Origin: Gammaproteobacteria bacterium
GTDB lineage: Bacteria; Pseudomonadota; Gammaproteobacteria; SURF-13
Assembly: GCA_030655395.1 (NCBI GenBank)
Contig: JAURVQ010000039.1
Span: forward strand, 1 to 56,048
Reading direction: 5' to 3'
Length of the DNA stretch: 56,048 nucleotides
The notes under the pieces were generated by a model that did not search any database, was not told the DNA's origin, and worked only from the letters and a program-made list of their open reading frames with translations. Below are positions 32,733 through 42,764 of the stretch, piece by piece. A program made the position numbers and the translations under genes. Each line of letters starts with the position of its first letter. Position 1 is the first letter of the stretch.

Positions 32733-34201
32733 TGCCGGGATTCCTGGGGCGGGCTCAACTCCGCCAGCGGTGAAGCGGGTACCGCGTTGCCTTCACGCAA
32801 GTCGTGCGCGACGAGGTAGGCCTTGTCGTTTTTGAATGCGACGTAGCGCAGGCTGTCGTCGCCGTCGAATTTGACCGTATTGAGAATGAGGTCGTAAGGC
32901 GGGCCTTCCACGCCGTCCACGACAACGTGCATGGTGGCGCCGGTGAGTGCGCGGTAGACGATGTGCTTTCCGCCCGGGCTGAAGGACGGGCCTTCGGTGC
33001 CGATGGTGTCGTACGGTTTCTGCTCCTGGCCGTCCACTACCGCAAACAGCTTGTCACCGCGGCCCGCCCGGTAGGCGAGACGCGATCCGTCGGGGCTGAA
33101 GGGTTCGACCAGCGGGCCGATGTAGTCGTGCGCGGCGTACTCCTGGCCATCCATCACCAGCACATATTTACCGTGGCCCCGTCCCACATAGGCACTGTGC
33201 TTGCTGTCTTGGCTGAAGACCGGCTCGGTGAGGCTGATGTCTTCGTATTTCTTTCCCGCATGGCCATCCACGACGATATACTGCTGCTCGTGCAGTTCGG
33301 CGACAAAGCCGATGTGCCGGCTGTCGGGGCTGAAGCGTGGGACGCTGAGGATTTTAGCGTGATGTGCGCTTTCCTTGCCGTTGACCACCAGGAATTGCCG
33401 CTCCTGCCGTTCGGCGACGTAGGCCACGTGCTGACTGTCCGGGCTGAACACCGGCATGATGGTGCCGATGCCATCATAGCGCGGGCCTTCGACACCACCC
33501 ACCACCGCAAACTCCCTGTCTTCTTGCATGGCGCGGTAGGCAACACGCTGTCCGTCCGGGCTGAAGCTGAGCGTGGCTTCGCCGATGCCGTCATAGGGCC
33601 TGCCTTCCTTGCCGTCGAGCACGACGAACTCCACGCTGTGCCCGCCCGGCATGATTTTGCTGGCAACGTAAGCAAAACGCTGGCTGTTGGAACTGAAAAC
33701 GAGCGAGCGTCGCTCGACTCCATCGTGGGTCCGGATGGCCTCGCCATTCACAACCACGACGGTTGTGCCATTGAGTTGCTTGGCCTTGTAGGCCACTTGC
33801 TTGCTGTCCGGGCTGAAGACGGGATTTATCAGGGCGTCGTAAGGGCCTTCTTCGTTGCCGTCAATCACGGCGTACCATTGCTCACCCTGTTGCGCGATGT
33901 AGGCGATGCGCCTGCTGTCCGGACTGAAGAAGCCGGTGCGCATGCCGATGCCGTCATACGGCTTGCCTTTTACGCCGTCCACCACCACGCGTTGCTGTTC
34001 GCCTTCCTGCAGCACATAGGCAATGTGTTTGCTGTCTGGGCTTACGTTAAATGAGCTGTCCTTCCAGGCCAGGATGTCGATGCTGTCGACCAGGGTTTCC
34101 GACGCTGCGCCTGTTGCGGGCGCAGCGGGAGAGATGTCCTGGGCGGCAACGACGGATGCGAGCACGGATAAAAACACGATCAGAGAAATTCTGCTTAACA
34201 C
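32729..34201 (-). CDS. Secreted beta-propeller protein with ~10 PD40-like repeats
   Basis: Signal peptide, then ~39-aa units FSPDSxxxAYxAxxxxxxxxVVDGxEGxxYDxI repeated about 10 times. Confidence 0.75.
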   Translation of the reverse strand: MLSRISLIVFLSVLASVVAAQDISPAAPATGAASETLVDSIDILAWKDSSFNVSPDSKHIAYVLQEGEQQRVVVDGVKGKPYDGIGMRTGFFSPDSRRIAYIAQQGEQWYAVIDGNEEGPYDALINPVFSPDSKQVAYKAKQLNGTTVVVVNGEAIRTHDGVERRSLVFSSNSQRFAYVASKIMPGGHSVEFVVLDGKEGRPYDGIGEATLSFSPDGQRVAYRAMQEDREFAVVGGVEGPRYDGIGTIMPVFSPDSQHVAYVAERQERQFLVVNGKESAHHAKILSVPRFSPDSRHIGFVAELHEQQYIVVDGHAGKKYEDISLTEPVFSQDSKHSAYVGRGHGKYVLVMDGQEYAAHDYIGPLVEPFSPDGSRLAYRAGRGDKLFAVVDGQEQKPYDTIGTEGPSFSPGGKHIVYRALTGATMHVVVDGVEGPPYDLILNTVKFDGDDSLRYVAFKNDKAYLVAHDLREGNAVPASPLAELSPPQESRH

Positions 34202-34257
34202 AACAAACCCTCCACCGCTGCTAAAGCGGCGTTAAAAACCACCTCACGCATCACGCT

Positions 34258-34464
34258 CTAATGAGGGCGCTGCTCCGCCGCACAAGTATTGATGCCGAAC
34301 AGGGCCGAGAGTGGACACCAGCGGATGCCGGCAGTGGCCAGCGGTATGAGGCCGAGCAACCCCCAGTAACTCGCATTGTCCTTCAGGATAAACAGGAGCG
34401 AAAGCAGCGCAAGGCCGATGATGACGCGGATAACTCTTTCAGTGTCGCCGATATTAGCCTTCAT
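34258..34464 (-). CDS. DUF2892 (YgaP-like) small membrane protein
   Basis: MKANIGDTERVIRVIIGLALLSL...GLIPLATAGIRWCPLSALFGINTC. Confidence 0.75.
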   Translation of the reverse strand: MKANIGDTERVIRVIIGLALLSLLFILKDNASYWGLLGLIPLATAGIRWCPLSALFGINTCAAEQRPH

Positions 34465-34589
34465 GAGACCATCTCCCCATAAATGAGTGTGTAACAGAAG
34501 GGTCGCGCCTGACGAGGCACGCCAGAATACAGTACAAGCATAACCGTAGCCGCCAGCCCAGGCAATCAGCCCAGGCAATGGCCGGCGGC

Positions 34590-35072
34590 TTAAGCCCGCT
34601 CCAGCGTCACAAAGCTGCAGGCATGCGGATTCTCGGCATCCGCCGCGTGCTCGGTGCGTTCTGTCTCCACCCAGGCGCCAGCGTCAAACGCGGGGAAAAA
34701 GGCGTCGCCGTCGAAATCGCCGTGCACATAGGTGAGGTACATGCGCGCCGCGTGCGGCAGAAACTGGGCAAAGATATCGGCCCCGCCCAGCACCATGATC
34801 TCGGTGCCGGCACCCGCAGCCGCGAGTGCCTCGGCGACGGAGTGCACCACGCGGCAGCCGGGCGCGCGGTAAGCGGGGTCATGGGTGATGATGATGTTGG
34901 CGCGGCCCGCCAGAGGCTTGCCGAGCGACTCGAAGGTCTTGCGCCCCATCAGCACCGGCTTGCCCATCGTGACGCGACGAAAGTGGCGCATATCGGCAGG
35001 CAGCCGCCACGGCAGGGTATTGTTCCTGCCGATGACGCGATTGCGCCCCATGGCGGCGATGAGCGAGATCAT
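34590..35072 (-). CDS. folA: Dihydrofolate reductase
   Basis: MISLIAAMGRNRVIGRNNTLPWRLPADMRHFRRVTMGKPVLMGRKTFESLG. Confidence 0.95.
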   Translation of the reverse strand: MISLIAAMGRNRVIGRNNTLPWRLPADMRHFRRVTMGKPVLMGRKTFESLGKPLAGRANIIITHDPAYRAPGCRVVHSVAEALAAAGAGTEIMVLGGADIFAQFLPHAARMYLTYVHGDFDGDAFFPAFDAGAWVETERTEHAADAENPHACSFVTLERA

Positions 35073-35078
35073 GGGGCG

Positions 35079-35227
35079 TTAAGGGTGCCTCTAAAAATGA
35101 TGGATTTTGCTTCAAGACAAGGCGCAGCGCCGTCGAGCAGCGCAGCATACACGCCAGTATGTGAGCAGCGGAGACAAGCTGCAACGCAGTATTGGAGCAA
35201 AAGACGCATTTTTAGAGGTGCCCTTAA
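35079..35227. repeat. ~149-bp long imperfect palindrome / MITE-like element with 21-bp terminal inverted repeats
   Basis: TTAAGGGTGCCTCTAAAAATG (35079-35099) versus CATTTTTAGAGGTGCCCTTAA (35207-35227), 19/21 complementary. Inner arms also partly pair (TTTTGCTTCAAGAC / reverse complement TTTTGCTCCAATAC). The right end overlaps the thyA stop. Confidence 0.75.
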
Positions 35228-36018
35228 ATCGCCACTGGCGCCTTGATGGAAGGGTGCGCCTCGTAGTTTACGATCTCGAAGTCTTCAAACGCGTAATCGA
35301 AAATCGACGGCGGTTTGCGTTTGATGACGAGTTGCGGCAGCGGATAGGGTGCGCGCGTCAGTTGCAGGTCCACCTGTTCGAGGTGGTTGAGGTAGATGTG
35401 ACAGTCGCCGCCGCTCCAGACGAAGTCGCCCACTGCGAGATCGCACTGCTGCGCGATCATGTGGGTGAGCAGCGCGTACTCCGCGATGTTGAACGGCACG
35501 CCGAGAAACGCATCACACGAGCGTTGCGTAAGCTGGCAGGAAAGTTTTCCCGCAGCGACGTAAAACTGAAAAAAGGCGTGGCACGGCGGCAGCGCCATCT
35601 TGTTCAGTTCGCCCACATTCCACGCGCTCACAATCAGGCGCCGCGAGTCGGGGTTGGTCTTGAGCTGCCGCATGAGTTCGCTGATCTGGTCGATGCTGCC
35701 GCCTTCCGTTGTTTTCCATTGACGCCATTGCGCGCCGTACACCGGGCCGAGATCACCGTTAGCATCGGCCCACTCGTTCCAGATGCGCACGCCGTTGTCG
35801 TTGAGATATCTGATGTTCGTGTCACCGCTCAGGAACCACAGCATTTCATGAATCACGGACTTGAGATGCAGCTTTTTGGTGGTGACGAGCGGGAAGCCCG
35901 CAGCGAGCGGGAAGCGCATCTGGTAGCCGAATACGCTGAGCGTGCCGGTGCCGGTGCGGTCGTCCTTGCGTACGCCGTGCTTGCGGATGTGTTGCAGGAA
36001 TTGCAGATATTGTTGCAT
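35224..36018 (-). CDS. thyA: Thymidylate synthase
   Basis: [31 protein letters not shown]... ends KAPVAI. Confidence 0.97.
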   Translation of the reverse strand: MQQYLQFLQHIRKHGVRKDDRTGTGTLSVFGYQMRFPLAAGFPLVTTKKLHLKSVIHEMLWFLSGDTNIRYLNDNGVRIWNEWADANGDLGPVYGAQWRQWKTTEGGSIDQISELMRQLKTNPDSRRLIVSAWNVGELNKMALPPCHAFFQFYVAAGKLSCQLTQRSCDAFLGVPFNIAEYALLTHMIAQQCDLAVGDFVWSGGDCHIYLNHLEQVDLQLTRAPYPLPQLVIKRKPPSIFDYAFEDFEIVNYEAHPSIKAPVAI

Positions 36019-36020
36019 GG

Positions 36021-36245
36021 TTAAGCGGCATAGCGAAAGATTTCAACTTCCGCACCATTTTTTACCGCTTCTTCTCCCTTCGCGAGCAATCGCTCGGTAA
36101 CGGTATCGGAGAGATAATATTCTCCGCAATTTTCACATACGTCAGCAGGTACGTCTTTAATGATTACGGTTGTTTCGCCACGCTGTAGCGTTACCGTGAC
36201 ACGTCCAGGCCGGGCTTCACCTTGCTTGCACAATAAGCATTTCAT
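36021..36245 (-). CDS. YgiT/MqsA-type zinc-finger antitoxin
   Basis: [10 protein letters not shown]...[12 protein letters not shown] (CxxC...CxxC). Confidence 0.75.
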   Translation of the reverse strand: MKCLLCKQGEARPGRVTVTLQRGETTVIIKDVPADVCENCGEYYLSDTVTERLLAKGEEAVKNGAEVEIFRYAA

Positions 36246-36247
36246 AG

Positions 36248-36493
36248 CTATTTCCTCGTTTCAAAATCAGCGCTCCAGAGCAAAGGATCCGGAGGGTAGG
36301 CGGTTGCGACATAACACGTGTAATTTTCCCGGTCATATCCTATGACGACGTGAATGGCCCTGTTGCGTATGAAGCTCAGCATCAGGCAGCTCGGGAAAGG
36401 TGCGTCATCAGGATAGCGGGTGATAATCTTACCCGAAGCGATCACGGCGAGTACATCGGCTCGGCTGATGCTGCGCTCGAACATGCGCCGCAC
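36248..36493 (-). CDS. DUF4258-family toxin
   Basis: 81 aa: RRMFERSISRADVLAVIASGKIITRYPDDAPFPSCLML...AIHVVIGYD. Sits 2 nt upstream of the zinc-finger partner. Confidence 0.65.
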   Translation of the reverse strand: MRRMFERSISRADVLAVIASGKIITRYPDDAPFPSCLMLSFIRNRAIHVVIGYDRENYTCYVATAYPPDPLLWSADFETRK

Positions 36494-36503
36494 CGCGTGT
36501 CCG

Positions 36504-37316
36504 CTATTGCCCGGACGGCTTGCGATAAGCCCACCACATCAGCCCAAGGCCTGCGCAGATCATTGGCAACGACAGCACCTGGCCCATCGTCACCCAGCCG
36601 AACGCGAGATAACCGAGCTGTGCATCGGGCACGCGCGCGAATTCCACCATAAAACGGAACAGGCCGTAGAATAATAGAAACATGCCCGACACCGCCATCC
36701 TGGGGCGCGGTTTGGCGGAGTAACTCCACAGGATAATAAACAGCAGTGCGCCCTCCAGCGCCGCCTGGTACAACTGCGACGGATGGCGTGCCAGCGGCCC
36801 GCCGCCGGGAAAGATCATGGCCCACGGCACGTCGCTCACCTTGCCCCACAGCTCGCCGTTGATGAAGTTGCCGATACGCCCGGCGCCGAGGCCGATGGGC
36901 ACGAGTGGCGCGAGGAAGTCCGTCAGCTCGAAAAAGCGTACGTGCAGCTTGCGCGCATACAGCGCCATGGCGAGCAGCACGCCGATCAGCCCGCCATGAA
37001 ACGACATGCCGCCCTGCCACAGCTTGAAGATATTGAGCGGCTCGGCCAGGTAGGCCACCAGGTCATAAAACAGGATGTAGCCGAGACGCCCGCCCAGCAC
37101 CACGCCGAACGCGCCATACACCACCAGATCGCTGACCTGCTCCGGCGTGAGGATGGCCCCCGGGCGCCGCGCGCGTCGCACCCCGAGCCACCAGACGGCG
37201 GCGAAACCGGTGAGATACATCAGGCCATACCAGTGCACCTGGAGCGGGCCAAGGTGCAGTGCGACGGGGTCAATGGCGGGATAAGTCAGCATGGAACTGG
37301 AATTATGTACCAGCAC
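36504..37316 (-). CDS. lgt: Prolipoprotein diacylglyceryl transferase
   Basis: [31 protein letters not shown]. Confidence 0.95.
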   Translation of the reverse strand: MLVHNSSSMLTYPAIDPVALHLGPLQVHWYGLMYLTGFAAVWWLGVRRARRPGAILTPEQVSDLVVYGAFGVVLGGRLGYILFYDLVAYLAEPLNIFKLWQGGMSFHGGLIGVLLAMALYARKLHVRFFELTDFLAPLVPIGLGAGRIGNFINGELWGKVSDVPWAMIFPGGGPLARHPSQLYQAALEGALLFIILWSYSAKPRPRMAVSGMFLLFYGLFRFMVEFARVPDAQLGYLAFGWVTMGQVLSLPMICAGLGLMWWAYRKPSGQ

Positions 37317-37343
37317 GTGTGCGACGTGAAGCGGAACCGCACG

Positions 37344-38537
37344 TCAATCGCGGGAAACATGCGCAAAAAATGCCTTGAGGTAGTCGGTTTCGGGAATCGC
37401 CGGATGCACGGGGTGGTCGGGGCCCTGATGGCCCTGGGCGATGATTTGCAGCGTGCAATCGTGTTCGCGCCCGACCTGCAGCATCACATTGAGCAGCGCT
37501 GCGCGCTCCAGGTGATACGAGCACGAGGCCGAGACGAGAATGCCGTCGGGGGCGAGCAGTGCGAGCGCCATCTGGTTCAGACGGCGATAGGCCTGCAGCC
37601 CCTGGGCGTGATCCTTTTTGCGTTTGATAAACGCAGGCGGATCGAGCACGATCAGATCGAAGGTTGCGCCATCGTCATGCAGTGATTTAAGTGCATCGAA
37701 GGCATCGGCCTTAAGTGTGCCTACACGCGATGTGACCTGGTTCAGCGCGGCGTTGCGGCGTACGAATTCGAGCGCCTGCTCCGAGGCGTCAATGCACAGC
37801 ACTTCGGATGCACCCGCCACCGCCGCCTGCACACCGAAAGCGCCGAGGTAGCTGAATACATCCAGTACGCGCCCGCCGCGCGCATGGTGCTGGGTGAGGG
37901 CGCGATTGATGCGGTGGTCGTAGAACCAGCCGGTCTTCTGGCCGTGCAGCAGCGGTGCCTCGAAGCATACGCCGTTTTCTTCCAGCAGCAGGCACTCGGC
38001 GGCGGTGCCGTGTGCGGTTTCCACATAGCTCGGCAAACCTTCCAGTGCGCGCATGGTGCTGTCGTTGCGCAACAGAATGACATCAGGATTGAGTACGTTG
38101 TGCAGCGCGCTCAAAATTTCGGTTTTTGCGCGTTCCATGCCGGCGGTGGTGATTTGCACCACGACCGTTGCGCCATAGCGGTCGACGACGAGGCCCGGCA
38201 GACCGTCGCCCTCGCCGAACACGAGGCGGTAGTAGGGTTTGTCGAACAACCGCGTGCGCAGCGCGAGCGCGTGCGTGAGGCGCTGGGTCAGCAGTGCTGC
38301 ACCCAGCACGCGCTGCGGCGCACGGCTGATGAGGCGCGCGCAGATGAGTGAATGCGGATTGACGTAACCGCTGCCGATGATTTTTCCGCGGCTGTCCTCA
38401 ACACTGACCGCATCGCCTGGCTCGAACGCATCGAGCGGTGTGCGCCCGACATCGACCTCGTTGCTGAATACCCACAGATGGCCCGCGCGCAGACGGCGGT
38501 CTTCATTTTTTTTCAGGCGCAGCGGCGCAAGCAGCAT
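37344..38537 (-). CDS. rlmI: SAM-dependent 23S rRNA m5C methyltransferase (RlmI-like, PUA + MTase)
   Basis: LRLKKNEDRRLRAGHLWVFSNEV ... VLDVFSYLGAFG ... DLIVLDPPAF. Confidence 0.85.
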   Translation of the reverse strand: MLLAPLRLKKNEDRRLRAGHLWVFSNEVDVGRTPLDAFEPGDAVSVEDSRGKIIGSGYVNPHSLICARLISRAPQRVLGAALLTQRLTHALALRTRLFDKPYYRLVFGEGDGLPGLVVDRYGATVVVQITTAGMERAKTEILSALHNVLNPDVILLRNDSTMRALEGLPSYVETAHGTAAECLLLEENGVCFEAPLLHGQKTGWFYDHRINRALTQHHARGGRVLDVFSYLGAFGVQAAVAGASEVLCIDASEQALEFVRRNAALNQVTSRVGTLKADAFDALKSLHDDGATFDLIVLDPPAFIKRKKDHAQGLQAYRRLNQMALALLAPDGILVSASCSYHLERAALLNVMLQVGREHDCTLQIIAQGHQGPDHPVHPAIPETDYLKAFFAHVSRD

Positions 38538-38552
38538 GGCGTATGTCCAGCG

Positions 38553-39779
38553 TCAGGCGGGTATTGTGGTGGAGGGTGCCGCGCCGAACGACAACTGCAC
38601 ACGGGTGCCCGCACCCGGCTTGCTGGCGATGTCGATGCGCCAGCCGTAACGGTCGCAGATACGCTTGACGAGCGAGAGCCCGAGTCCCATGCCCGCGGTC
38701 ACGCTCGGCGCGAGGCTGCCGCGATAATGGCGCTCGTATACGTGTGGCAGATCGTGCGGCGGGATGCCGATACCGGTGTCCTCAATGCTGACGCTGTCGT
38801 GTCCAAGGCGCAGAATGATGCGCCCGCTGGTGGTGTAGTTGAAGGCATTGCGCACCAGGTTGCCGAGCACGATGTGCAGCACCGGTGGCGCCGCCGTTAT
38901 GTACGGTTCCGCCTCTGTTTCCATCACCAGCTCGATGGGTTTGCCGGCGAGCAGGTAACGGTGCTGCTCGACGGCCTCGTGCAGCACCGGCGCCACGGCA
39001 TAGCGCGTGGCGGTGGCCGGCTGCGATCCCGGTTCGTGCGACAGTAACAACAGGCCGGTGACTGCATCCGAGATCGCGGTCACGTTGCGTTCGATGCGTT
39101 GCAGGCATTTTTGCGTCTGCGCGGACAGACCCGGCTCCGTGAGCAACAGCTCGACCGCACCTTTCAGTGCCGCGAGCGGCGTGCCCAGCTCGTGGCTGGC
39201 GTCATTGGCGAAATCGCGCTCGCGTTGAATAAAGGCCTGGATGCGGCCAGTGTCGTGATCGATGGCGGTGGCGAGTGCGCCGAGTTCGTTATCAGCGTCG
39301 ATGCCGGGCAAGAGCGCGTAGCGTGACAGCCACCGACCGGCAAGAACCGACAGCACCAGCCCGGCCAGCAGGAATAAAACAAGATAAAGATGGTCCGACG
39401 CCTCCGCTGCAAGATCATAGGTGGCGAAAAAGTACATATCATCAACTTGCTTTACGGCGACACGATATTCGCGCCCCTGATATTCGATGGTATGAGTGCC
39501 GGGCGAAAGTGCGGCGAGGTAGGGGGGAATGCCAAAGTTGTTTGCGCCGCGTGTCATGTAACCGCGTATCTGCGGCGTGCTGTCCGGCGGCAGGGTATGT
39601 GTGTTGCGGAAGTAGGCGATGCGGTAGTCCATCTGCGCAGCCAGAATCTGGTCAATCAGCCGCGTCTCCATGCGCTCGGAGATGAAATAGATGCCATAGG
39701 TAAATGCGCCGCTGAGCAGGGTGCCGAACAACAGAAACGACAAAATGATGCGAGCGCGCAGCGTACTGCTAAAGTGCAT
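38553..39779 (-). CDS. Sensor histidine kinase
   Basis: H-box ASHELGTPLAAL; N and G boxes LGNLVRNAFNY and GMGLGLSLV; two TM segments. The start could be 39803 or 39779. Confidence 0.85.
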   Translation of the reverse strand: MHFSSTLRARIILSFLLFGTLLSGAFTYGIYFISERMETRLIDQILAAQMDYRIAYFRNTHTLPPDSTPQIRGYMTRGANNFGIPPYLAALSPGTHTIEYQGREYRVAVKQVDDMYFFATYDLAAEASDHLYLVLFLLAGLVLSVLAGRWLSRYALLPGIDADNELGALATAIDHDTGRIQAFIQRERDFANDASHELGTPLAALKGAVELLLTEPGLSAQTQKCLQRIERNVTAISDAVTGLLLLSHEPGSQPATATRYAVAPVLHEAVEQHRYLLAGKPIELVMETEAEPYITAAPPVLHIVLGNLVRNAFNYTTSGRIILRLGHDSVSIEDTGIGIPPHDLPHVYERHYRGSLAPSVTAGMGLGLSLVKRICDRYGWRIDIASKPGAGTRVQLSFGAAPSTTIPA

Positions 39780-40452
39780 TCGGGTCCACCAGGCGGTAGC
39801 CAATGCCCCGGATGTTGTGCAGCAGCGGCACTGAAAACGGCTGATCGATGGCGCTGCGCAGGATATGCATGTGGGCGCGCAATGAGTCGCTGTCCGGCGG
39901 CGAGCCGTGCCAGATTTCCGCAGCGAGCTCGCGATGTGTCACAACGCGGTGCGTCTCGCGCATCAGCAGCGTGAGCACGCGCAGCCCGATGGGCGAGAGG
40001 CCGATCGATTGCCCCCCGCGCGCGCAACGCAAGGTTTGCGGATTGAGTTCGAGGTCTGCCACGCGCAGCACGTCGTGCGGATTATCTCCCGTGCTGCGGC
40101 GCGCGAGCACCAGCAGGCGTGCTTCCAGTTCCTGCAGCGCGAAGGGCTTGACCAGGTAGTCATCTGTGCCGCTGTCGAAGCCGCTGAGTTTGTCGCTCAG
40201 CGTATCGCGCACGGTGAGCATCAGTACCGGCGTGGTCTTGCGCCCGTCGTGGCGCAGCTTGCGGCACACCTCGATGCCGTCCATCCCCGGCAGCATGAGG
40301 TCGAGTACGATCACGTCGTAATTGTTGGTGACGGCGAGATGCAGGCCGGTAACGCCGTCGCCGGCACTATCTACCACGTGCCCTCGACCAGTGAGGAAAT
40401 CACTCACGTTGGCGGAGATATCGGGGTTGTCTTCTATGATGAGGACGCGCAT
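39769..40452 (-). CDS. OmpR-family response regulator
   Basis: MRVLIIEDNPD...VIVLDLMLPGMDG plus a winged-helix C-terminus (IRGIGYRL). Confidence 0.9.
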   Translation of the reverse strand: MRVLIIEDNPDISANVSDFLTGRGHVVDSAGDGVTGLHLAVTNNYDVIVLDLMLPGMDGIEVCRKLRHDGRKTTPVLMLTVRDTLSDKLSGFDSGTDDYLVKPFALQELEARLLVLARRSTGDNPHDVLRVADLELNPQTLRCARGGQSIGLSPIGLRVLTLLMRETHRVVTHRELAAEIWHGSPPDSDSLRAHMHILRSAIDQPFSVPLLHNIRGIGYRLVDPNAL

Positions 40453-40513
40453 GTTTAACCCCGCAAGTTGTCGTCCGGTGGCCGCGAGACAAACGCCCCG
40501 GGCCCAGCGTATA

Positions 40514-40570
40514 GTTACTCAGGAGACACCAAGCCAAGAATATACTACAGCCGGGTGTCTCCTGAGTAAC
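40514..40570. repeat. Perfect 17-bp inverted repeat with 23-nt spacer
   Basis: GTTACTCAGGAGACACC ... GGTGTCTCCTGAGTAAC, followed by a second GC hairpin (~40589-40621), in the divergent spacer between the response regulator and the thioredoxin-domain gene. Confidence 0.8.
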
Positions 40571-40686
40571 AACCCGGTTTACTCTACCCCCACCCTGTCC
40601 CGCCACCTCAACCAGGGGCGGGGACGTGTAGGAGAGTGTAGCCTGAAGACTGATTGATGAGTAGCTATGCCACTATGGAAAGGTCA

Positions 40687-42759
40687 ATGACCGCGGCAAA
40701 TTGCCACACCAACCGGCTGAGTCACGAGACCAGCCCCTATCTGCAACAGCACGCCCATAATCCGGTGGACTGGTATCCGTGGGGGCCGGAGGCGCTGGAA
40801 CGCGCCCGGCGCGAGGACAAGCCGATCCTGCTTTCCATCGGCTACTCCGCGTGCCACTGGTGCCACGTCATGGCGCACGAGTCGTTCGAGGACCCGGCCA
40901 CCGCCGAGGTGATGAACGCGCTGTTCGTGAACATCAAGGTTGACCGCGAAGAGCGCCCCGATCTCGACCGCATTTATCAAACGGCGCACCACCTGCTCAC
41001 CCGGCGCAGTGGCGGCTGGCCGCTCACCATGATGCTGGCGCCGGACAGCCACGCCCCGTATTTCGGTGGCACCTATTTTCCGCGTGAGGCGCGTTACGGC
41101 CTGCCGGCGTTTACCGACCTGCTGCAGCGCATCGCCCGCGCCTGGCACGAGCAGCGCAGCGATATCGAAGCGCAAAACCAGACCTTGGTCGCGGCGCTGG
41201 CGCCCGCCCCGCCCGCGGCTGCCAAACCCGCACTCAATGCCGTGCCGCTCGCCGCCGCACGCCATCAACTGGAATCCAGTTTTGATGCGCACCACGGCGG
41301 TTTCGGCTCTGCACCAAAATTCCCGCACCCGCCGCATATCGAACGCTTGCTGCGCCACTATGCGCACAGTCTGATGGGTGAGCCCGATGCTGAGGCGTTG
41401 CGCATGGCCACCGCCACGCTGCGCGCGATGGCGCAAGGCGGCATCTACGACCAGATCGGCGGCGGCTTCTGCCGTTACGCGGTGGACGAGCGCTGGCTGA
41501 TCCCGCACTTTGAAAAAATGCTGTACGACAACGGCCTGCTGCTCGGCCTCTACGCGCAGGCGTACGCGCTCACGCGCGAAGCACTGTTCAAAGACATCGC
41601 GCTGGAAACCGCGCGCTGGGCCATGCGCGAGATGCAGTCATCGGAGGGCGGCTATTACTCCGCGCTCGACGCCGACTCGGAAGGCCACGAAGGAAAGTTT
41701 TACGTGTGGTCGCGGGACGAAATACGCACCGTTCTCGATACGCAGGAATACGATATTGCCGCGCGCCGCTTCGGCCTGACGCAGGCCGCCAATTTTGAAG
41801 ACAGCGCATGGCACTTATATGCGGCGGCGGATAGCGCAACCATCGCGCACGAATTGAATTTAACCGAGGCGCGAGCCGCGGAAATTATCGATTCCGCGCG
41901 CCGCAAATTATTCACTGTGCGTGAAGCGCGCGTAAGACCCGGCCGCGATGAAAAAATCCTCACCTCGTGGAACGCGCTCATGATCAAAGGCATGGCGCTG
42001 GCCGGGCGCCTGCTGGACGCCCCCGAGTGCACCGCCTCCGCCGAACGCGCGCTCGACTTCATCCGAGCCACACTGTGGACAAACAAACGGCTGCTCGCCA
42101 CGTATAAAGACGGCCGGGCGCATCTGCCGGCCTATCTCGACGACCATGCGTTTCTGCTCGATGCGCTGCTCGAAATGCTGCAAACGCGCTGGCGCACCGG
42201 CGACTTGCAATTCGCCGTTGAAATCGCCGACGTCATGCTCGAACACTTTGAGGACAAACAGAACGGCGGCTTCTTCTTTACTGCGGATGATCACGAGCAA
42301 CTCATTCAGCGCCCCAGGCCGCTCTCCGATGACGCCACACCCTCGGGCAACGGCATTGCGGCATTGGCGCTGGGCAGGCTCGGCCATCTGCTGGGTGAGC
42401 CGCGCTATCTCGACGCCGCCACGCGCACGCTGGAGGCCGCGTGGAGCGAAGTGGCGCGCATGCCATACGCCCACGGCACGCTGCTCAGCGCGCTCGAAGA
42501 GCAGTTGCATCCGCCGCAGATCATCGTCCTGCGCGGCGATGCCGCCGTGCTGCAACCGTGGCGCGATCTGTGTAACAAATATTATGCCCCACGTCGCCTT
42601 GCGTTCGCCATTCCCGCGGCTGAACAAAATCTCCCCGGCGTGCTCGCGCAGCAGAGTCCGGCAACAGGCGTCACGGCCTATGTGTGCGAGGGAGTGTCCT
42701 GCTCCGCACCCATCACGGACCTTTCCGCGCTCGAAGCAAGACTCGCAGCGCGCAAATAA
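40687..42759 (+). CDS. Thioredoxin-domain protein (DUF255/YyaL family)
   Basis: [25 protein letters not shown]...[11 protein letters not shown]. The ORF could start as early as 40654. Confidence 0.9.
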   Translation: MTAANCHTNRLSHETSPYLQQHAHNPVDWYPWGPEALERARREDKPILLSIGYSACHWCHVMAHESFEDPATAEVMNALFVNIKVDREERPDLDRIYQTAHHLLTRRSGGWPLTMMLAPDSHAPYFGGTYFPREARYGLPAFTDLLQRIARAWHEQRSDIEAQNQTLVAALAPAPPAAAKPALNAVPLAAARHQLESSFDAHHGGFGSAPKFPHPPHIERLLRHYAHSLMGEPDAEALRMATATLRAMAQGGIYDQIGGGFCRYAVDERWLIPHFEKMLYDNGLLLGLYAQAYALTREALFKDIALETARWAMREMQSSEGGYYSALDADSEGHEGKFYVWSRDEIRTVLDTQEYDIAARRFGLTQAANFEDSAWHLYAAADSATIAHELNLTEARAAEIIDSARRKLFTVREARVRPGRDEKILTSWNALMIKGMALAGRLLDAPECTASAERALDFIRATLWTNKRLLATYKDGRAHLPAYLDDHAFLLDALLEMLQTRWRTGDLQFAVEIADVMLEHFEDKQNGGFFFTADDHEQLIQRPRPLSDDATPSGNGIAALALGRLGHLLGEPRYLDAATRTLEAAWSEVARMPYAHGTLLSALEEQLHPPQIIVLRGDAAVLQPWRDLCNKYYAPRRLAFAIPAAEQNLPGVLAQQSPATGVTAYVCEGVSCSAPITDLSALEARLAARK

Positions 42760-42764
42760 CGCTG

